From assembly GCA_012295275.1 (NCBI GenBank), contig CM022665.1, positions 11,842,001 through 11,906,000 of the forward strand: DNA of 64,000 nt. Reading direction: 5' to 3'. Under the pieces are notes generated by a model. The model saw nothing but the letters and a program-made list of their open reading frames with translations. It made no database searches and had not been told where the DNA came from. This DNA is from Chrysomallon squamiferum (Eukaryota; Animalia; Mollusca). This document shows positions 57,226-64,000 of this stretch, in pieces. The first letter of the stretch is position 1; each line of letters starts with the position of its first letter. The translations under genes and the position numbers were made by a program.

Positions 57226-57423
57226 ATGTTTTCCTTATGAGCCTGACAGGCTGTGTTGGAACGGGATTTTTCCTCCAGTCTGCGAGCCAGTTCATCTCTC
57301 TCTGCAGTCACTCTTCTCAACTGTTCTAACAACTGTCGATTCTCCCTTTTAGTCAAATTAATATTCTCATGTGTCTCCAAGCTGTTTCTCACAGATGTTT
57401 CAGGAGATAATGACTTGTGTAAG
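57226..57423 (-). CDS. MIPOL1: MIPOL1 orthologue, penultimate coding exon (198 bp): (S)LHKSLSPETSVRNSLETHENINLTKRENRQLLEQLRRVTAERDELARRLEEKSRSNTACQAHKEN, coiled coil
   Basis: A poly-T tract precedes the AG acceptor at 57424-57425, and the donor AT|GTAAG is at 57221-57225. The exon is phase 2-2 and open throughout, with a heptad pattern. Splicing reconstitutes the MIPOL1 signature LRxYYSLHKSLS. Confidence 0.92.
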
Positions 57424-57576
57424 CTTTTAAAAAAAAAAAAAAAAATTAAAATTAAATAAAATTAAAGAAATAAAATTAAATATGCATTGTGATATTTTGA
57501 GACATACAGTTGTGGTTACAAGCACAAGGGTCTATGGATTATTCATTTATTACTGTTATTACTGTTATTATTGTTA

Positions 57577-57580
<4 letters not shown>

Positions 57581-57659
<79 letters not shown>
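57581..57659. repeat. (ATT)n microsatellite in a MIPOL1 intron
   Basis: Direct observation. (AAT)n, (AAAT)n and (AT)n runs are pervasive across the window. Confidence 0.97.
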
Positions 57660-57858
57660 TAAAAATTCTTTGTCAACCAAGACAATAATTTTTTTCATTC
57701 CTGGTTTTTACAGAAAATAAAAGTATTTAATACTAATAGTCTTGGCCTTTAGTTTAAAATCTTCTTGTTTCTGAAATTCTTCATTTCTTTGCTCTGCTAA
57801 ATTTTTTAATTCCATTTTAATATCTTAATAATTATCAAGACTGAATTCATTAACAATT

Positions 57859-57892
<34 letters not shown>

Positions 57893-58039
57893 AGAAAAAA
57901 AGAAACAGATTACAAAAAAAAAAAAAAAAAAAAAAATCAAAAACAATTTTCAACATCAGTGATAAAGGTTCTGTGCCATCAAACAGCATAACATATAAAG
58001 GAACTTTCAGTAATAATGTAGACAATTCAAAAATCCTAC

Positions 58040-58440
58040 ATCATAGAGCATATTAAATAATGCAAAATAACAAAACTTTCTATGTAAATGAAGACTGTAC
58101 AAAAATAGCATATTGTATAGAATACACAATACTGTTATACCAACTAAACTTGCAGTATTAATACAGGTTGTACACAACTGTTACAGACATAGCAGTATGT
58201 AACACCAAAACAGTTGATACTAATATAGACCAAATGAAAACTTCAGTATCAGTATCAGCATATAAAAATTATACTTTATATGGTATATTTTATAATATAA
58301 TGCTCAGTATTAATGCAGATCATGCATAAATGTTATATCATAGAGCATACATAGTAATACACAATAACAAAACAGCTGATACAAATACAGACCAAATAAC
58401 ACTTCAGTATCATACATCACAGAATAATGCTTAATAATAA
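58040..58440. repeat. degenerate ~160-bp intronic tandem repeat
   Basis: CAAAACAG.TGATAC.AATA.AGACCAAAT...ACTTCAGTATCA at 58206 and 58368; ATCATAGAGCATA at 58040 and 58337. Confidence 0.75.
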
Positions 58441-59310
58441 AATTTTATAAAAGGTTTAGTATCTGACAGAATATATAACATTATACACCATGTTTTATAA
58501 TTCATTATACTGCTGTGTACTGTAAAATGTAACTACACTGGTCATGCTGGGATTAGCCAAGCAAGAAAGTTCAAGTTTTTATTCCCACTTACAAATCACA
58601 CACACACACACACAGAGAAATGAGAAATATGGATATATTCCATATCATCTTCAACTAATAACAAAAACCTTGTATCTTTTCACACTCCCCACCTCCCTTA
58701 CCCAAGCCCATTCACTGCCCACACAACCACTGCTGGGTGGATGGGTGTATGCAAACATTGGTTGTTTATATAATGTATAAATTCTGTATCCTTTAACATA
58801 ATAAAAAATGAATTCAAGGATAAATCTGTCTTTTGTAAATGTGTCAGATTGTGTTTACAGACAACAGGTAAACAAAAGCAGACACTTTCTTTTTAGAATT
58901 TAATATCTATGCTTAATCATTTTTGTCTTTGTTACAACTGTATCAGGGTAACAGATATATAAAGTAGTTGTACGGTGTGGTACAAGAAATTGTATATGTG
59001 TTTCAAAATGCTTTGAGGACCGTTTTATCTATCAACAGTTTGAAACAGAGATGTATACAGTTCTATTAAAATGGGATTTGGTTATAATTATTTTTTTTTA
59101 TTTTTTTTTTATTCTTATCTGCACTTTTCACTTTTTTAAAAGTATCTTCATATATATATATATATAAGAAAAAAAAATCACACGCATAACATATTATTTG
59201 TAATGTTAAGAAAATATTTTAAAACCATATTGTCATAGTCCCATGAAATTTAATTTTTGCTTTTCATTGAATTATTTTAATTTTTAAAATGTATAACGAA
59301 AACCAGTTAC

Positions 59311-59378
59311 CTGTAGTAAATTCGAAGGCTCATTGATTCATCTTCTAATTCTTTCACACGATTTTTCCAGTAGTCACA
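59311..59378 (-). CDS. MIPOL1: MIPOL1 orthologue, internal coding exon CDYWKNRVKELEDESMSLRIYY(S); may extend in frame to 59402 (KICQLLEK)
   Basis: Donor CAG|GTAAC at 59306-59313, with a phase-2 end matching the next exon. KELEDESMSLRIYY aligns with recalled vertebrate KKLEEEIQTLRVYY. The first AG is at 59379-59380, so the 5' boundary is uncertain. Upstream exons were not confidently found in the window. Confidence 0.85.
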
Positions 59379-60409
59379 CTTTTCCAGTAGTTGACAAATT
59401 TTCAAAATAAATAAATAAATTGAAATAAATAAATAAAAAATAAATAAATAATGTGGCCATTGTTTTCAGTTTGGAAAATATGTAAAAATATTTAACCAAT
59501 ATTTCTCTGCATTTTAAATAATAAAATAAAATAAAATAAAATAAAATAAAATAAAATAAAATATAATAAGCTTTCTTTCATTTAATTTTTTATGGTTTTG
59601 TTATTGTTATTATTAAATTATTATTATTATTATTACAATCATTTTAAAACTAATTATTACATCTAATTTCATGCATCATAATAAAGAGATATTTTTGTAT
59701 GGACAATAATAATAGTTCAAGAAACTGGTGTCTGAATATTTAATTTTTAAAAACATTTAAAGATTCTTTAAGTAAGAACAACACAAAATTTTCAAAATAA
59801 CTTTTAATCAACTCTACAGCCCTACTTCACTAAGACGGAAGAGGAGGACACACAACATTTCATTAATGGTTACAAAATCTACAGTCAATTAATCTAAATT
59901 TAGAGTTCTTTATTGTTTGTCTAACATTTGATAAAAGAACTAAACACACATCTAGAGAATAAACTGACACATACTGAAGTGAATGTATGCAATAACTTAC
60001 ATTTATAGAATGATGTGACATACACTGGAGTAAATGTATACAATAGCTTACTGGTGTTCTTCAGCTCCAACACATATTACAACAAAAGCTGGACTCAGTG
60101 AGATTGTACAAGATGTTTGTTTACCTGGACTAACGACTTCTTCAGGTGCAAGAACAAACACATTTTATAGTCTTGACAGTATTATACATGTGTGTGGGAA
60201 AAGAGGAAATGCTGGATTGAAGGGGTAGGGAGGAATGGAGATGGAGAAGAGGGAGAGAGTGAAAGACAAAGGTGTTGTTGTTTTTTTTGAATATTATTCA
60301 CAAATCTTTTGAATAATTAACAAAAACTGATAGTGAAAAATGAATGTTTTAGAAGAAACCAATGTAAGTAATTTGATTTTTTAAACATCATCCTACAGGA
60401 AACATAAAA

Positions 60410-60740
60410 AAAAAAAAGTCTGATTTTAAAAGAAATATGAATACAAATTCTATCAAGAAGAACAAAAGAAAACCAATTTAAAAACAAAAATTAAAAATTT
60501 TAATAAAAATTCTTTTATAACGATGTGAAAATTCAGTCCATACCCAAACAATAAAACAGAAATCTGGACGTCTACGAAATACAAACATGAACAGATTAAG
60601 AAGAACAAAAGAAAACCAATTACCCGTATCAAAGTATTTCGGATTTTAATTTTTTTTTTAATCATAATTTCTTTTTAATGCAGTGAAAATCTAGTCCATT
60701 ATAAAGAAGTCTGAATTTCGAGGAAACACAAACATGACTC
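60410..60740. repeat. degenerate ~150-bp intronic tandem duplication
   Basis: AAGAAGAACAAAAGAAAACCAATT at 60455 and 60598, each followed by GTGAAAAT..AGTCCAT and GAAA.ACAAACATGA. Confidence 0.75.
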
Positions 60741-63700
60741 TCAGCTGCATGACTAGATCAAACCAACGAGAGAATTCTGGCCGATTCTCCCTTCTCACTG
60801 CAACATATTCCTCGTGTTTGTTTTTCATGTCCCAGCATATTAATTTGAGAATATCCTGATACCCTCTTCCTGACTCAGGAACCCATTAATAGAATACAAG
60901 CCTCAGTCTACTTAAAATGAAACAGAAGAATATAATCACAAAGACCCGAATGAGCCATTGCATTTATTACTTGCTGATAGCCGATGGACCAACATATGTT
61001 CAGTTTCACTGACAGCATCATGCGTTGTCAGTGTGCTGGGAAATTGTTAAGTAACTGAAGACAAGTTTCACATGTTCCTGTGCTATCAATATTTTAATGA
61101 CTTTAATGTACCTAGACAGGGATGGACGGAAGGATGGATGGAAAAACATGCAGTCACAGAATGATCAATAAGCAGAAAGATAGAAATATATATTTATTAA
61201 AAATTATGAAATATGTATGTGTGTGTGTGTGTGTGTGTAAAGATATATTTAAAAAAAAAAAAAGCATGTAAAAACAGGTGAAGAAATAAATAATTATTAA
61301 AAAAATAATAATAAAATAAAATAAATAAAAAAATACTACATTATCACCAAATTTTATTTCACATACAAAGAGAATCCATTTCATGAACATGTCCTTAGTA
61401 TAAAAGCAATGGAAATCTAGGAACCGCTGAAAAAAGGAACTCTACAGTAAATTAGACAATTTGCTGGAGATTATCCTGGCTGATTCTCAGATAAATCTGA
61501 CAGACCTGTTTAATCTGCTTTTAGTTTTGCAGGTTCCATAGCTAAACACTTTAATCTAGGCTCTCGTCTGAGTTATGCTCAAGAATTTAGTCAAGAGCCT
61601 TCCAGATATGGAATCCAAATGTGACCATCCCATCTGAGATGTCATTTTATCCAAGCGACATTCCGCCTTGCCCAACATTTTCAGCTTTTCAGAGCTACCT
61701 GTGTACACAGATTAAAACCAGGAGGCCTAGGTAGTCCGGTATCGATTTTTGTTTTTTTTTAATAATTTTTATCCGAGTTTCGTTCATGCCGTTTCCTTGA
61801 CAACAATATATTGAGACACAGCAACATCCTCTTGACCCATGGGTTTTGCGAGTGACAACGGCACAACAGAGAAAAACGACAACATTCCAATCAACGGGCA
61901 ATTGGCCTGGATCAATAGAACTAATATTCATGGTATTATATGCATATGTGCCAGAACTAAATGTTTGTACTGGGCACACAATTGTCAAGCCTGAAACAAT
62001 GTGATGAGGACCCTTAAAGACAGAACAAAAAGATGAGAACAAAAAAAAAAAAAAAAAGAAGAAAGAAGGGAAAGTATCTGTGGCCATGAATTGTCTGTTA
62101 GAGGCTCCACCCAGTTTGTGAACATGTCTACATGACGAATTCAATAAAAGCAATTATTTCTGTTCACTTGCATACAAAAAAGATACAGAAATAATTACTT
62201 GTGACAATGAAATGGTCAAATGAAAAAAAACAAAAAAACAAAAGCAGTTCAAATATGCACACCATTAAATTTCCATCTGATTGCTTACTTGGTAAATGTA
62301 ACAATATTTTCGAATGTCTTTGTTACATTTTTACTGAAGTGTTCTGCAAATGTGAATCTTTTTTATTTTTATTAATCTGTAAACAAAAGAGAAGAGTTAT
62401 ACAATCAGAGGTGTTTCTTCAATTTACTCTTATTTATCCTTGATCAACATATTGCTAGTTTAACCATATTTTTCTTTTTTCAATTAGAGATGAGACTGTT
62501 AAACATAAAGTAACTTTAAGTTATAAACTTTCAATCCTAAAGACTTTCTGTAATTCTAATTATTTGATTATATTTATGAATTGGTTGGGAAAAGTGATTT
62601 AATTTCTACTGTTTACATTTAAAATTACTATTGTAAATGAAAGAACAAATAAAATTTATTTTCTAAATGTATGTATATATATGTGTGTATGTTAACATTT
62701 TTCTACCAAGACTTGACGTGATGACAATCATATTCTTTATTAATAACTCAAGATACAATTGAATGTTGTTTTTAATATGACATTTTGTTTTTGTTTGTTT
62801 GTTTTTGGTTTTTAAATGTTTAAAAGGGTATTTTCATGATCAAATAATGTAGACATAATTGTCATGATTATGATAATTTTGACAAGTATGATCACATTTA
62901 TCAAACTGGTCATGTTACAGATTACATTAAATTACAGGAAAAAATGTAATGTTTATATACAATCAAGCATCGAAAACTAACTTTGGTATCTCAAAATGAA
63001 AAACCCGTCCCAGCTGATTTCCTATATAAGCTAAGTATTAATGTTTTTATTTTTTATTGATTTATTTTTATTTATTTATTATTTTTTTTATTTTTTTTTT
63101 TCATTTTGTGAGATTAAATCCTCTTTCAATTATTATAATAAAATATATCTTAAAACTAAAAACCATAACAGTTAAATTCAATTAAAATACCAAATATACT
63201 GAATTTGTTATTCAGCATTATTAAACTATAATTAAAACTAATCGCTCTTTCTGAATATGTCATTATCAAAACAAAGGAATTATCATAGATGTTAAGTGTA
63301 CATCGAAGATAATATTTATACAGGGTTAAGTTACATACTTCCTAAAACACTAACACATTGTGAAAAGCTAGAATAACTATTTCTCTTCCATCACACATTG
63401 CAAACAGGGAAAAAAGTTTCAAAACTCACTGAGACAGTGTGCACAGGCCTGCTTCCCATTGATAACTTGCTCCCAGTGTGTTTGATGGATAAATATTATC
63501 CCAGTTTAGTATATCCACAAAACGAGATATCTCCAATCTCATTGAAAAACAATGTTTCTCACTTCATTTCCACTTCGAAGTTTTCGCAAACATATCACAC
63601 ATGCATGTCTGTTAGTTAACAGCCTCCTTTGTTTTATCTCATAATAAAAAATGGAAAGTGAACATTTTTCATTCATTTTTGGCTAAGAAGAAGAAGAAAG

Positions 63701-64000
63701 AAAATGCACTAATTATAAATGTAGCCTAATTTGAGTTCCTCTTATTATTACTAAGAAAGAGAGAGTCACATTTTTCTTATTAAACACTAAGCCATGACTG
63801 ATTAAATCCTCATAAAAAAATTAAGAAGAAAATTAAAATACTTATTAAATAATAACAATGGCAATAATAATAATAATATTATTATTATGTTCATCTATTT
63901 TTTTTTTAAATCTTTTAATTTATTTATTTATTTAATTATTATTATTATTATTTTATTTTATTTTATTTTATTTATTTTTTGTTGTTGTTGTTGTTGTTGC

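Noticed and set aside
57715-57830. Extra coiled-coil-looking minus-strand exon (MELKNLAEQRNEEFQKQEDFKLKAK)
   Set aside because: The available acceptors are phase 1, there is no good donor, and insertion would split the conserved YYSLHKSLS motif.
60688-60772. miR-279-like sequence TGACTAGATC
   Set aside because: Only the first 10 nt match and there is no proper precursor hairpin.
60690-61700. Open minus-strand stretches (QDILKLICWDMKNK..., SEKLKMLGKAECRL...) as further MIPOL1 exons
   Set aside because: No consistent acceptor/donor pairs and no resemblance to MIPOL1.

Overview
AT-rich, microsatellite-dense invertebrate animal genomic DNA, with no prokaryotic features. The only protein-coding gene I can support is the 3' end of a spliced minus-strand gene, with exons at 59311-59378 (possibly to 59402), 57226-57423 and 56689-56764. 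These join in frame to ...CDYWKNRVKELEDESMSLRIYYSLHKSLSPETSVRNSLETHENINLTKRENRQLLEQLRRVTAERDELARRLEEKSRSNTACQAHKENISRLERKVATLQKKLFDYHRQARSE*. I recognise this from memory as the C-terminus of MIPOL1 (vertebrate ...KKLEEEIQTLRVYYSLHKSLSQE...KVQKLERLVDVLRKKV). None of the exons is in the ORF track in its true frame. MIPOL1 is the conserved bystander neighbour of FoxA in the nkx2.1/nkx2.2/pax1/9/slc25a21/mipol1/foxA 'pharyngeal' cluster. The remaining ~54 kb downstream of mipol1 has no convincing CDS. It consists of dozens of short CpG-containing unique-sequence islands separated by simple repeats, many carrying clustered Forkhead, TCF/LEF (+helper), T-box, Otx, RFX, CRE and nuclear-receptor motifs. 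I infer it is the mipol1-foxA intergenic regulatory landscape, although foxA itself is not in the window. Other features are a CpG-depleted gene body, a 152-bp near-perfect palindrome, several degenerate tandem repeats, decayed retroelement traces, a possible non-AG splice acceptor, and a cluster of miRNA seed matches in the putative mipol1 3' UTR. Nearly all listed ORFs are simple-repeat artefacts.
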